Assembly (NCBI GenBank): GCA_937928185.1
Contig: CALEZX010000040.1
Coordinates: 1,176 to 65,175, forward strand
Direction of reading: 5' to 3'
Length of the DNA stretch: 64,000 nt
Origin: an uncultured Bacillales bacterium
Lineage (GTDB): Bacteria > Bacillota_I > Bacilli_A > Izemoplasmatales > Hujiaoplasmataceae
Below are positions 36,667-46,561 of this stretch, in pieces. The first letter of the stretch is position 1, and each line of letters opens with the position of its first letter. The translations under genes and the position numbers were made by a program. Under the pieces are notes generated by a model. It did no database searches and was not told the DNA's origin. It worked only from the letters and a program-made list of their open reading frames with translations.

Positions 36667-38417
36667 GCCAATTCCTCCTCCGAAAGTTGTGAAAACGCAA
36701 TTTCTCGATATACATCACAATTTTTCATTAGGTTTTTATGGGTATCGTTTCCAACAATTCTGCCCTCTTGCAAAACAATGATTCGATCAGCGTCCATAAT
36801 TGTACCGATTCGTTGTGCAACAATCAATACCGTTGAATGGGATGTGATTGATTTTAATCTATTTCTTAAAATAGAGTCTGTTTTAAAGTCTAGAGCCGAA
36901 AAACTATCATCAAAGATATAAATTAAGGGTTTCCTAACAATAGCCCGTGCAATTGATAATCTTTGTTTTTGACCTCCAGAAAAATTGACTCCGCCCTGTT
37001 CGACCACTGCATCATATTTTTCAGGAATTGAATCAATGAAATCATGGGCCTGAGCAATTTTTGCGGCTTCAATAATTTCTTCTAACGTGGCGTCGCTCTT
37101 ACCATATGCGATATTTTCAGCAATAGTCCCAGTGAACAAGGTTGCATTTTGCGGAACAAACCCGATTAAAGATCGTAATTGTTTTAAAGTCATTTCTTTA
37201 ACATCGATTCCATCAATCATTACTTTTCCGTTGGATACATCAAATAATCGTGGAATAAGGTTTATGATGGTTGATTTACCTGAACCAGTAGAACCTATAA
37301 TGGCAATTGTTTCACCTGGTTTTGCATCGAAAGTAATATCTTCCAAAACATTTTTTTCTGCATCGGCGTATTTAAAATCAACATGATCAAAAGTGATGAT
37401 TCCTTTAAAATCAACATTCATCTCTATATTCCCATTATCGGTAACAGTAATTTTGGTATCAAGAATCTCAGATATTCTTTTTCCTGAAACTTCAGCTCTA
37501 GGGTAATTAATAAACGTAATAGTGAGCATGATTATACTAAAAAGAATGATATTTACATATTGAATAACTGCATATAAATTTGCTAAATCATCATAATTTG
37601 GATTAGACCCATTTGTGGTTTGAATTAATGAATATGCCAAAAACACTACACCAAGAATAACAACATTAAAAATGATGTTAACCATCGGATTTAAAAGTGA
37701 CATAATTCTTCCAGCTTTTAAATTATTGTTTGTCAGGTCATCATTAGCGGCCTTAAATCTTTTTACCTCTTTATCTCCTTGACCGAAAGCACGAATGACT
37801 CTTACACCATTGATTGCTTCTCTTCCAACGACGGTCAGCTTATCAATCTTCTTCTGCATAGCTTTAAATAAAGGTATAACCAAAATAAAAGTTATAACTA
37901 CCAAAGTGATAAGAGCAGGAATTCCGATAAGTAATACCGATGTTAGGCGAACAGATTTTTGAAGACTTAGAATAATTCCACCAACCATCAGTATCGGAAT
38001 TGACAGAATCATTCGGAAACTCATGATTGTATGCATTTGGACTTGATTGACATCATTAGTGGAGCGGGTAATCAATGTTGATGTTCCGAATTTTTCTGAT
38101 TCAGCTAAGGAAAATTCACTTACTTTCTTAAAGATATCTTTACGTATATCTCTACCAAATGAAGTAGATACTTTTGAAGAATAATAAGAAATGATAATCA
38201 TTGCCAATCCAGAAGCCAGGGTCACTCCAAGCATGTATAACCCGTATTTAACTATAACTTGCATGTCGATTCCGCCCTCGACTTTTATTCCTTCTCGAAT
38301 GATCGATGAAGTTAAGTCTGGAAGCAGCAATTGACCGACGGATTGGATTGCAACGAAAATCACCATCATAGAAACCCCAAACCAATAGGGTTTTAGATAT
38401 TTAAATAATTTTTTCAT
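36663..38417 (-). CDS. ABC exporter half-transporter (permease + ATPase), degenerate catalytic site (Asp for Glu)
   Basis: GSTGSGKST, signature FSGGQKQR, Walker B IYIFDDSFS (D-D instead of D-E). 4-nt overlap with its partner. Confidence 0.9.
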   Translation of the reverse strand: MKKLFKYLKPYWFGVSMMVIFVAIQSVGQLLLPDLTSSIIREGIKVEGGIDMQVIVKYGLYMLGVTLASGLAMIIISYYSSKVSTSFGRDIRKDIFKKVSEFSLAESEKFGTSTLITRSTNDVNQVQMHTIMSFRMILSIPILMVGGIILSLQKSVRLTSVLLIGIPALITLVVITFILVIPLFKAMQKKIDKLTVVGREAINGVRVIRAFGQGDKEVKRFKAANDDLTNNNLKAGRIMSLLNPMVNIIFNVVILGVVFLAYSLIQTTNGSNPNYDDLANLYAVIQYVNIILFSIIMLTITFINYPRAEVSGKRISEILDTKITVTDNGNIEMNVDFKGIITFDHVDFKYADAEKNVLEDITFDAKPGETIAIIGSTGSGKSTIINLIPRLFDVSNGKVMIDGIDVKEMTLKQLRSLIGFVPQNATLFTGTIAENIAYGKSDATLEEIIEAAKIAQAHDFIDSIPEKYDAVVEQGGVNFSGGQKQRLSIARAIVRKPLIYIFDDSFSALDFKTDSILRNRLKSITSHSTVLIVAQRIGTIMDADRIIVLQEGRIVGNDTHKNLMKNCDVYREIAFSQLSEEELA

Positions 38418-38842
38418 TTTTTGCCCTCATCAAAGTAATTTTTTAAAAATAAATAAGTTTTTTCACTTAATTTGATCTGTAATGTTATTTCCTCTTTGGT
38501 CAATGCTTGACTTTCAAGATTAACCCAGTCGAGATGAGCCTTTTCTACCAAAGCCGCTTTTTTTCGACCTTCATCGGTAATTGAAAGAATATAACCACGC
38601 ATATCTTCAGGATCGATTTCTTTAGTAATGAGTTTCATTTCATGTAGTTTTGTTACAATTCTTGTTGAATGGGATTTATGATATGGCGTCAAATCGACAA
38701 GCTGATTCATTTTAATACTGCTTCTTTTATTGATTTCGACTAAGTAATATCCTAAAGGTCCTGAAACTCCTAAAGGGGTTAATCGATCATCAAGAAATCG
38801 GAAGAAATATTTTCTTATCATGTGCTCATACTGATTATTCAT
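38414..38842 (-). CDS. MarR-family transcriptional regulator
   Basis: 142 aa winged HTH. 4-nt overlap with the first ABC gene. Confidence 0.85.
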   Translation of the reverse strand: MNNQYEHMIRKYFFRFLDDRLTPLGVSGPLGYYLVEINKRSSIKMNQLVDLTPYHKSHSTRIVTKLHEMKLITKEIDPEDMRGYILSITDEGRKKAALVEKAHLDWVNLESQALTKEEITLQIKLSEKTYLFLKNYFDEGKK

Positions 38843-38868
38843 TTAAATCACCTCTTAACGCGAGTATA

Positions 38869-38914
38869 ATTCTACATTAAATTAGTTGTGTTGTCAACTA
38901 AATTGTGTTGTCAA
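38869..38914 (-). promoter_or_regulatory. marR-ABC promoter with duplicated TTGACAACACAA box (candidate MarR operator)
   Basis: Minus strand: TTGACA (plus 38892..38897)-17 nt-TAGAAT (plus 38869..38874). The 12-nt direct repeat TTGTGTTGTCAA sits at 38886..38897 and 38903..38914. Confidence 0.6.
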
Positions 38915-38941
38915 AAAAAGTAATCTTATAACCGATTACTA
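38912..38941 (-). terminator. Rho-independent terminator after degV
   Basis: Minus strand: AGTAATC-GGTTATAA-GATTACT followed by T7. Confidence 0.75.
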
Positions 38942-38949
38942 TCTTGAAA

Positions 38950-39798
38950 TTATTTCATAATGTATAAAATGCCGATACACCCTGGTCCACAATGAGAAGA
39001 TATAACACAACCAGCATAAGTCTCATATATTTCTTTGATTGATGTTTTTCCAATAAGTTGATTTTTTATATATTTTGCAGATTCATCTGCCATCGAGTGC
39101 GTAATCATTAAAAAATCATTATCTACTTGATCATTTTGATCTAAAAATTCAGAAATTAAAACATCGATACCTGCTTCAATGCGTCCACGAGGTTTTTTTC
39201 CAACTGTCATTGCTCCATTAACAACTTTAATGATTGGTTTAATTTTTAATAGAGTTCCAGCTATAGCAGCAACACCACTGCAACGTCCGCCCTTATAAAG
39301 ATAATCCATTGTATTTATAACAAATTGAGTTCTGACTTTTGGAATAAGTTCATTAATTTTATTGACTACAGTTAAGACATCGTCGCCCTGATTGATAAAT
39401 TTAGCAGCTTTCAGTAGTAACAATCCAGATCCGCTGGATAAATTTGCTGAGTCGATTAAGTGAATTTTATCAGAATCAACAATTTGTTTCGCCGAATTAG
39501 CGCTCTGAAGAGTTCCAGAAAAACCACCGCCGATGCCAAGATAAATGATATCATATCCTTCTGAAGTGTATTTTTCAAATGCTTCAACAAATGACCCAGG
39601 AGAAGCAGCAGCGGTTTTTGGTAAGTACTTCAACTCATCAACCTTTTTGTACATGTCAGGAACAGTCAAAGTAACCCCATCTAGATAAGATTCATCTTTA
39701 AAATTGACATATAAAGGAATAATATCTATATTATGTTTTTGAATCAGTTCTTTCGATAAGTCACATGTGCTGTCGGATACTAATTTAATTTTATGCAT
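38950..39798 (-). CDS. degV: DegV-family fatty-acid-binding protein
   Basis: KIKLVSDSTCDL.., ..PKTAAASPG.., ..SG.LSG.. are typical of DegV. ATG 39798 is preferred because the track's GTG at 39807 lies in the SD. Confidence 0.9.
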   Translation of the reverse strand: MHKIKLVSDSTCDLSKELIQKHNIDIIPLYVNFKDESYLDGVTLTVPDMYKKVDELKYLPKTAAASPGSFVEAFEKYTSEGYDIIYLGIGGGFSGTLQSANSAKQIVDSDKIHLIDSANLSSGSGLLLLKAAKFINQGDDVLTVVNKINELIPKVRTQFVINTMDYLYKGGRCSGVAAIAGTLLKIKPIIKVVNGAMTVGKKPRGRIEAGIDVLISEFLDQNDQVDNDFLMITHSMADESAKYIKNQLIGKTSIKEIYETYAGCVISSHCGPGCIGILYIMK

Positions 39799-39953
39799 TC
39801 TTTTCACCCATATTGATTATAATCAAAATATATCAAAAAGTAAAGAATTGAGGACAATTTTTACAGAAATACCTAATCCTTATTTTATTTTTTGGAAACC
39901 CATTCTTTATAATCATCTTATTCAATGGTATAATTATCAAAGAGGTGATTTTA

Positions 39954-40805
39954 ATGCAGGTTATTAATCGTAACACTGTTGTTCAATCTGTAGAAAAAAT
40001 GATTTTAGATGCTAATGTTAACCTTGATTTAAAAATGGTCATAAGACTTAAATTGGCGATGGAAAATGAAAAATCTTCGATTGCAAAAAGCGTCCTAAAT
40101 GAAATAATTGAAAACCAAGATATCGCTAGAAATGAAAATATTCCAATGTGTCAGGACACTGGAGTTGCTGTTTTTTTTGTTGAAATAGGAAATGAAGTTT
40201 TTCTAAACTTCAATATTGAAGATGCTATTAATGAAGCAGTTAGAAATGCTTATATTAAAGGTTATTTACGAAAATCAGTCGTAAGACATCCTCTGAAAAG
40301 AGAAAACACCTTAGATAACGCTCCAGCAATAATTCACATAGCACAGGCAATGAATGATTATCTCGTTATAAAAATGGCTGCTAAAGGAGCTGGGAGTGAA
40401 AACATGAGTGCAATGAAAATGTTAACTCCTTCAGAAGGAAAACAGGGAATTATTGATTTCGTGTTAAAGACTATTAAAGATGCCGGTGGAAGAGCCTGCC
40501 CTCCTATTATTGTTGGTTTAGGTATTGGTGGTAATTTTGAAAAAGTCACTGAGCTTGCCAAGTCTGCGATATTTAGAGATTTAGATGATCATTCTGATAA
40601 CGAAATTGATGCTCAATTAGAAAAAGAATTGTACCAAAAAATAAATGAACTCGGTGTTGGTCCAATGGGATTAAAAGGCGAGACAACTTGCATAGCCGTA
40701 AAAGTTAATAGTTACCCCTGTCATATTGCTTCATTACCGGTTGCTGTAAATATTCAGTGTCATGCTGCTAGACATAAGGAAATCGTTTTAAGGGGTGAAA
40801 AATGA
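39954..40805 (+). CDS. Fe-S type hydro-lyase alpha subunit (class I fumarate hydratase / L(+)-tartrate dehydratase family)
   Basis: MCQDTGVAVFFVE motif. Start at ATG 39954 after SD AGAGGTGA. Confidence 0.85.
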   Translation: MQVINRNTVVQSVEKMILDANVNLDLKMVIRLKLAMENEKSSIAKSVLNEIIENQDIARNENIPMCQDTGVAVFFVEIGNEVFLNFNIEDAINEAVRNAYIKGYLRKSVVRHPLKRENTLDNAPAIIHIAQAMNDYLVIKMAAKGAGSENMSAMKMLTPSEGKQGIIDFVLKTIKDAGGRACPPIIVGLGIGGNFEKVTELAKSAIFRDLDDHSDNEIDAQLEKELYQKINELGVGPMGLKGETTCIAVKVNSYPCHIASLPVAVNIQCHAARHKEIVLRGEK

Positions 40806-41344
40806 TGAAATCGGTAACTTTACCAATGAATGAAGATACACGTAAATCATTAAGAATTGGAGACCAATTACTGCTTTCTGGGTTTTTGTATACCGGAAGA
40901 GATGCAGCTCATAAACTCATGGTTGAAGCTATTAATGATAGAACTCCTCTGCCATTTCAAATTGAAGGTGAAAGTATCTATTATACTGGTCCCACACCAC
41001 CTAAACCTAATCAGGTAATCGGCGCTTGTGGGCCAACCTCTTCTTACCGTATGGATACCTACAGTATTCCATTAATGAATAATGGACTAAAGGTTATGAT
41101 TGGAAAAGGCCCGCGTGGAGAAAAATTCAGAAAAGAACTGGTAAAAACAGAATCTGTATATTTAGTTACCACTGGTGGCATCGGAGCTCTATTAAGTAAA
41201 AGAGTATTACAAATGGAATTGGTGGCTTATCCGCATTTACAAAGCGAAGCTGTATATCGATTACTTGTGAAAGATTTTCCTGTCATTGTCGCATACGATT
41301 CGGTTGGAAATGATCTTTTTGAAGGTTCTGAAGAAGAAAATTAA
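40802..41344 (+). CDS. Fe-S type hydro-lyase beta subunit (class I fumarate hydratase C-terminal domain)
   Basis: LSG.LYTGRDAAHK.., ..YYTGPTP.., ..GKG.R.. motifs. Overlaps the alpha stop (ATGA). Confidence 0.85.
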   Translation: MMKSVTLPMNEDTRKSLRIGDQLLLSGFLYTGRDAAHKLMVEAINDRTPLPFQIEGESIYYTGPTPPKPNQVIGACGPTSSYRMDTYSIPLMNNGLKVMIGKGPRGEKFRKELVKTESVYLVTTGGIGALLSKRVLQMELVAYPHLQSEAVYRLLVKDFPVIVAYDSVGNDLFEGSEEEN

Positions 41345-41351
41345 AATAAAT

Positions 41352-41424
41352 AAAAAAAGCAGATTATTGAATCAACCCGCTTTTCAATCTTTAGTAGGGT
41401 TAGGTTCTAATCTGTTTTATTTTT
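41352..41424. terminator. Long imperfect hairpin flanked by T/A runs between convergent fumarase-beta and proS (bidirectional terminator)
   Basis: GCAGATTA..AACCC..GGGTT..TAATCTG. It has A7 on one side and TTTTATTTTTTT on the other. Confidence 0.55.
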
Positions 41425-42867
41425 TTAGTAAGCTTTAGCGAAATAGACAAGTTTTTCTGCTTTACGTCCACATACTGGGCAAGTTTCAGTTAATCGATGC
41501 TGTTCAAAAGGAATACATCTGGAAGTAGCGGTCGTATCTTCTTTAATCTTGACTTCACATTCAGCGTTTCCACACCACATCATTTTTACATAACCTGGTT
41601 TTGAATTAATTAATTCTTTAAACTCATCATAAGTTCTTGCTTCACGCGTATTTTCTGTCACATTTTTTAGAGCATTTTGATACATTTGTTCATGAATTTC
41701 ATCAAATATTCTTGGAATTATTGAAGATATTTCATCAATTTTAACTTTAATTTTTTCTCCGTTAATGCGTTTTACTAAAACACATTCATTTGTTTCTAAA
41801 TCTCGAGGTCCGATTTCAATACGAACTGGGACACCTTTCATCTCATATTCTGAAAATTTCCAACCTGGCGTTTTATCAGTGAGATCTAGTTTGACGCGAT
41901 ATTCAAGGTTCTCTAAAGTTTTCTTGACATTTTCAGCAGCTTCAACAACGCCTTCTTTTTGAGATTGAATCGGAATAATTGCAACTTGAATTGGAGCTAC
42001 TCTTGGCGGTAAAACTAATCCTGAATCATCGCCATGAACCATGATAATGGCACCAATTAATCTTGTAGATAACCCCCAAGAAGTCTGGTAAACAGGTTTT
42101 AAAATCCCATCTTTATCTTGAAAGTTAATATTAAAGTGTTTAGCAAAACCAGTACCAAAGTAATGAGTAGTGCCTGATTGTAATGCTTTTCCATCATGCA
42201 TTAACGCTTCAATCGAATAAGTCTCTTCTGCACCAGCAAATTTTTCTTTATCTGTTTTCTTGCCAAGAACAAAAGGAATGGCTAAAAGATCTTTTCCGCA
42301 GTTATTATAGATATCTAACATTCCAAGAACTTCTTCCTTAGCTTCCTGTTCTGTAGCGTGGATGGTATGACCTTCCTGCCATAAAAATTCTGATCCGCGT
42401 AAAAAAGGTCTTGTCGTTTTTTCCCATCTTACTACGCTGCACCATTGATTGTATTTTTTAGGCAAATCACGGTATGAAGATACGATTTTTGAATAATGGT
42501 CACAAAACAAAACTTCAGAGGTCGGTCTGATAATCAAACGTTCCTGCAATTCTTCTTTTCCACCAATTGTAACGATTGCTGTCTCAGGAGCAAATCCTGC
42601 AACATGTTCTGCCTCTTTTAAAAATAAAGATTCTGGAATCATTAAAGGCATATAAACATTTTCATGACCAGTTTTTTTGAATTCTTTATCCAGATATGAC
42701 TGAATATTTTCCCAGATGGCATAGCCATATGGCCTATAAATAATAAAACCTTTTGCATCTGTATAGTCCATTAATTCTGCTTTACGGCAGACATCGGTAT
42801 ACCACTGCGCAAAATCAACGTCTCTTGACGTAATAGATTTCACTAATTTTTCTTTTTGATTACTCAT
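41425..42867 (-). CDS. proS: Proline--tRNA ligase, archaeal/eukaryote-like type
   Basis: 480 aa with no bacterial INS editing domain. C-terminal Zn-binding domain (CG..C ... CPVCG) ending in Tyr. Confidence 0.93.
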   Translation of the reverse strand: MSNQKEKLVKSITSRDVDFAQWYTDVCRKAELMDYTDAKGFIIYRPYGYAIWENIQSYLDKEFKKTGHENVYMPLMIPESLFLKEAEHVAGFAPETAIVTIGGKEELQERLIIRPTSEVLFCDHYSKIVSSYRDLPKKYNQWCSVVRWEKTTRPFLRGSEFLWQEGHTIHATEQEAKEEVLGMLDIYNNCGKDLLAIPFVLGKKTDKEKFAGAEETYSIEALMHDGKALQSGTTHYFGTGFAKHFNINFQDKDGILKPVYQTSWGLSTRLIGAIIMVHGDDSGLVLPPRVAPIQVAIIPIQSQKEGVVEAAENVKKTLENLEYRVKLDLTDKTPGWKFSEYEMKGVPVRIEIGPRDLETNECVLVKRINGEKIKVKIDEISSIIPRIFDEIHEQMYQNALKNVTENTREARTYDEFKELINSKPGYVKMMWCGNAECEVKIKEDTTATSRCIPFEQHRLTETCPVCGRKAEKLVYFAKAY

Positions 42868-42923
42868 AATGACACCTCGTTTATCAGTTGAATATTATAT
42901 CATAATTGAATTTTTAATTCCAT

Positions 42924-42961
42924 AAAAAATGCAATGGCATTTGATCTACCATTTACATTTT
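42924..42961 (-). terminator. Terminator after galT
   Basis: Minus strand: AAATGTAAATGG-loop-CCATTGCATTT followed by T6. Confidence 0.55.
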
Positions 42962-42963
42962 TA

Positions 42964-44445
42964 TTAAATGATGGCTTTTTCTACAAAATCAGAAAAAGCA
43001 AGAATGTCCTGAGATTTAAAAACACCGCAATCTTCAAGAACTTTTTCAAATATCGCCCCAACTTCGGTCTTTAAGAAATCATCTAATTGTTCAGCTGGAT
43101 AATTTTTTTGTTTGATTTGTTCTATCCAACTCAAGTGTTTATTTAATTCCTGATACTTGATGGGATCTTCACCGTTAATCAAACAAAGTTTAATTAAATC
43201 CAATTCTGTTTTTAATCGTCCGGGGAGCACGGCCAATCCCATAACTTCAATCAAACCAATGTTTTCTTTTTTTATATGAAAGTATTCATCTCGAGGGTGA
43301 AATAATCCATAGGGACGTTCTGGGGTGGTGATATTATTTCTTAAAACGACATAGAATTGATAACTGCCATCTTTTAGCTTTACAATAGGAGTTACAGTGT
43401 TATGAAAATCATTTGTTTTGGCAAAAATGGATAATGATTCATTTGTATATTTTTTCCATGCATTGAATATTTGATTGACATAGTCTAAAACATCAAATTC
43501 ATTTTTTCCTGAAACGCGTACTACTGATAAAGGCCAGTCTAGTATCTCAATCTGGACACGTTTCTTTTTAAAGAATCTAATAACGCGAGCATTTTCAATC
43601 GGAAAGTCATAACGTCCTCCCTGAAAATGATAATGGGATAAAATTGATCCTCCGACTATAGGCAAGCCAGCATTAGATCCAATCATATAATGAGGAAATT
43701 TATTAATAAAATCAATCAGCTCTATGAATGTATTTTCATCAACTCTCATTGGTTCGTGGACTTTTTTTAATATAATGGCATGTTCATTGTAATAGGAATA
43801 AGGTGAGTATTGGAATCCCCAAGCGTTTTTTTCATGATTTAGAGTAATATCTATCACGCGGTGATTACTTCTGGGTGCTTTATCAATTGTTCCATAAAAC
43901 CCGACATTTTCCATGCATAAAGCGCATTTCGGATAGTTTTCACTTTTTATATTACTAACAAAAGCAATTGTTTTGGGATCTTTTTCAGGTTTAGATAGAT
44001 TTATTGTAATATCTAAATCACCGTATTTTCCAGCGTATTTATAATTAATATTCTTTTTAATCCGTTCAGACTTAATATAATTTGTATTAATTGAGAATTG
44101 ATAAAAATAATCAGTCGCATATTTAGGAGCCTTTTTATATAGTTCGCTGAATATTCGATTCATTTCAGACGGTCTTGGCAAAAAAGCATCCATCATTTTC
44201 GCTTCAAAATTATCTTTTAAAGCTTCAATATCCTCTTCTATCAATTTGGCTTCCAAAGCATAAGAAAGTAAAGCATCAAGTAACGTATAAAAATCAAGCT
44301 CATTTTCGACTTTTTCTTCTATAAAAATATCAAGTTTAAATAAATATAACAATTGATTGATGGCGTACTCTCGATTACTCTTATCTAATAGTGATTTCTT
44401 TTCGGCGTAATTGATGAGTTGCGACAATAAAGAATTAATCGTCAT
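42964..44445 (-). CDS. galT: UDP-glucose--hexose-1-phosphate uridylyltransferase (GalT, type 2)
   Basis: About 490 aa Firmicute-type GalT (..CALC.., ..GGSILSHYHFQGG..). Start at ATG 44445 (MTINSL), 1 nt after the galE stop. Confidence 0.9.
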   Translation of the reverse strand: MTINSLLSQLINYAEKKSLLDKSNREYAINQLLYLFKLDIFIEEKVENELDFYTLLDALLSYALEAKLIEEDIEALKDNFEAKMMDAFLPRPSEMNRIFSELYKKAPKYATDYFYQFSINTNYIKSERIKKNINYKYAGKYGDLDITINLSKPEKDPKTIAFVSNIKSENYPKCALCMENVGFYGTIDKAPRSNHRVIDITLNHEKNAWGFQYSPYSYYNEHAIILKKVHEPMRVDENTFIELIDFINKFPHYMIGSNAGLPIVGGSILSHYHFQGGRYDFPIENARVIRFFKKKRVQIEILDWPLSVVRVSGKNEFDVLDYVNQIFNAWKKYTNESLSIFAKTNDFHNTVTPIVKLKDGSYQFYVVLRNNITTPERPYGLFHPRDEYFHIKKENIGLIEVMGLAVLPGRLKTELDLIKLCLINGEDPIKYQELNKHLSWIEQIKQKNYPAEQLDDFLKTEVGAIFEKVLEDCGVFKSQDILAFSDFVEKAII

Positions 44446-44446
44446 A

Positions 44447-45427
44447 TTAATATCCCTCTGGATGAGCTTGATGGAATGCCCAGGCATCTTTAATAATATC
44501 TTCTAAATTTTTCGTCGGCTTCCAGCCTAGAAGACTATAAGCTTTTTTATTTGATGCAATTAATTGATCTGGATCGCCTGGCCTTCTGTCTCCCATAATC
44601 ATGGGAATGGGATGATTGGTAATCTTTCTTGCTGTGTTGATAACTTCTAAATTAGAATAACCAGAATTGCTTCCTAAATTTATGATATTTGATACATTTC
44701 CTTGTATTAAGTAATTAAGACTTTTCAGATGTGCTTGAATTAAATCATACATATGAATATAGTCTCTGATGCAAGTCCCATCTGGGGTCTGATAATCAGA
44801 GCCAAAAACAGTAATCTTATCAGTTTTTCCTAGAGGTACTCTTAACACAAGAGGAATCAAATGTGTTTCAGGAATATGGACCTCACCAATTGAATGATCT
44901 TCGCTAGCTCCAGCTACATTAAAATAACGAAGACTTACATAACGAATACCATAGGCTAAATCCGCCCATTTCATCATTTTTTCCATCATGAGTTTCGACT
45001 CACCGTATGGGTTAGTCGGAATTGTAGAAAACTCTTCGGTAATAGGCATCACCTGATGGGATCCATATACAGCTGCGGAAGACGAAAAAACAATGAAATT
45101 TACATTATGTCTTTGCATTGCTTTTAGCAATTCAATCGTTCCATTCACATTATTATCAAAATACTGAAGCGGTTCTTTCATTGATACTCCCACCAATGAA
45201 TTTGCTGCAAAATGAACACAGGCATCAATCTTTTCTGAATTAAAAAGGTAATCTAAGAAGGAGGCATCTCGAATATCCCCTTTATAAAAGACGGCCTTTC
45301 TGTCTACTGCCTTTAGATGCCCTGTTTGAAGATTATCAATTACGATAACATAGTGTCCTTCTATGATAGCTTGTTTTACAAAATGACTACCGATATAACC
45401 GGCACCTCCAAGTACCAAGATATTCAA
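44447..45427 (-). CDS. galE: UDP-glucose 4-epimerase
   Basis: GGAGYIGSH Rossmann motif, the YGESK catalytic motif and the GDP..L tail. Confidence 0.95.
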   Translation of the reverse strand: MNILVLGGAGYIGSHFVKQAIIEGHYVIVIDNLQTGHLKAVDRKAVFYKGDIRDASFLDYLFNSEKIDACVHFAANSLVGVSMKEPLQYFDNNVNGTIELLKAMQRHNVNFIVFSSSAAVYGSHQVMPITEEFSTIPTNPYGESKLMMEKMMKWADLAYGIRYVSLRYFNVAGASEDHSIGEVHIPETHLIPLVLRVPLGKTDKITVFGSDYQTPDGTCIRDYIHMYDLIQAHLKSLNYLIQGNVSNIINLGSNSGYSNLEVINTARKITNHPIPMIMGDRRPGDPDQLIASNKKAYSLLGWKPTKNLEDIIKDAWAFHQAHPEGY

Positions 45428-45428
45428 T

Positions 45429-46439
45429 TTATAATCCTCCTAATTGATAATAGATTTCATGATGATAAGGTTGATCAGGAGAAACAAGACCTAATGTAAA
45501 CCTTGAGTCATTTATTGCATTAGATTGAAACTGTACTTCAAGACAAATCCCTGAATGTTCAGCTGGATAATAACCATGTTTTAGCATTTTCTTATCAGGA
45601 TAATTTGTCGTATATACGGTAACTCCCGGATATGTTGTAAATACATTTAATTCTAGTTTTGACTTTGTCGATTTAAGGGTAATCTGAGAATCAGTTGAGA
45701 TATGGTCAAAAACAAAAAAATGATCTAGTCCTCGAGCTTTTTCCCCACGGGATTTAATTGTTTCAATCACTGGGATGATGGGTTTGAAGGAAGTAAAATC
45801 AAATTCAGTATTTTTTACATCTAGGCATTCTTTTCCGATAATGTCATCATTAACCGTTACCACTTTCTTACTATTAATTTTCAATTCATGTGAGGTTAAA
45901 GAGGTATCAAAAGAACCTTCTAGATTAAAATAAGTATGATTCGTTAAATTGCACAAAGTTTTTTCTGTTGAAGAAACATCGTATACTATCCGAATTGATC
46001 CTTCAATGATATAATAGCGAATTTGAATGTTATAATCACCGAAAAGAATCCGATTCCTATACTGATGTGAGAAGCAAATGATGGTTTGACTTGAAGTGTT
46101 TTTTTCAACATTAACATCAAATACTCTAAAAGCTAGTGAATCGTCTCCTCCATGTAAAAAATGAGGATGCTTTGAATTTAGATGATGCTTTTTTCCATCA
46201 AAAATGATTTCTCCATTTTCAATTCTGCCAGCATTCATACCAACATTTGTACCTAAATACATCCCTGGTTGTTGATAATCACGGTAATCTTTATATCCGG
46301 CAACAATATTTAATCCTGTAGACGTAACCCATTCAGTCAATGAAGCTCCGACATTCAGTAATACGACTTTTTGGCCTCTCATAGAAGTAATAGTTAACTC
46401 TTTAATTTCATTTGTAATATTTTTAGTAATTAGTTCCAT
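45429..46439 (-). CDS. galM: Aldose 1-epimerase (galactose mutarotase)
   Basis: 336 aa. HGG.., NLTNHTYFNL, and C-terminal ..LE.Q..P.. motifs. Confidence 0.88.
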   Translation of the reverse strand: MELITKNITNEIKELTITSMRGQKVVLLNVGASLTEWVTSTGLNIVAGYKDYRDYQQPGMYLGTNVGMNAGRIENGEIIFDGKKHHLNSKHPHFLHGGDDSLAFRVFDVNVEKNTSSQTIICFSHQYRNRILFGDYNIQIRYYIIEGSIRIVYDVSSTEKTLCNLTNHTYFNLEGSFDTSLTSHELKINSKKVVTVNDDIIGKECLDVKNTEFDFTSFKPIIPVIETIKSRGEKARGLDHFFVFDHISTDSQITLKSTKSKLELNVFTTYPGVTVYTTNYPDKKMLKHGYYPAEHSGICLEVQFQSNAINDSRFTLGLVSPDQPYHHEIYYQLGGL

Positions 46440-46494
46440 ATTAGTACCTCGCTATCACTATTATATCATATCCAGAATGGAAAATTTAGTTAAA

Positions 46495-46526
46495 TAGAAA
46501 AAGCTAGAACTAAACTAGTTCTAGCA
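46495..46526 (-). terminator. Rho-independent terminator after the opp operon and its trailing small ORF
   Basis: Minus strand: GCTAGAACT-AGTTT-AGTTCTAGC followed by TTTTTCTATTT. Confidence 0.8.
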
Positions 46527-46561
46527 TCTCGTCGATAAAAGTGTTTAATGATTGTAGATAA

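Noticed and set aside
31688-38842. Radical SAM gene plus ABC exporter pair plus regulator as a possible RiPP or bacteriocin cluster.
   Set aside because: No precursor-peptide ORF, protease domain or immunity gene is present. rimO and a terminator (34783..34812) separate the units. The radical SAM gene is SPL/COG1533-type, not SPASM-type.
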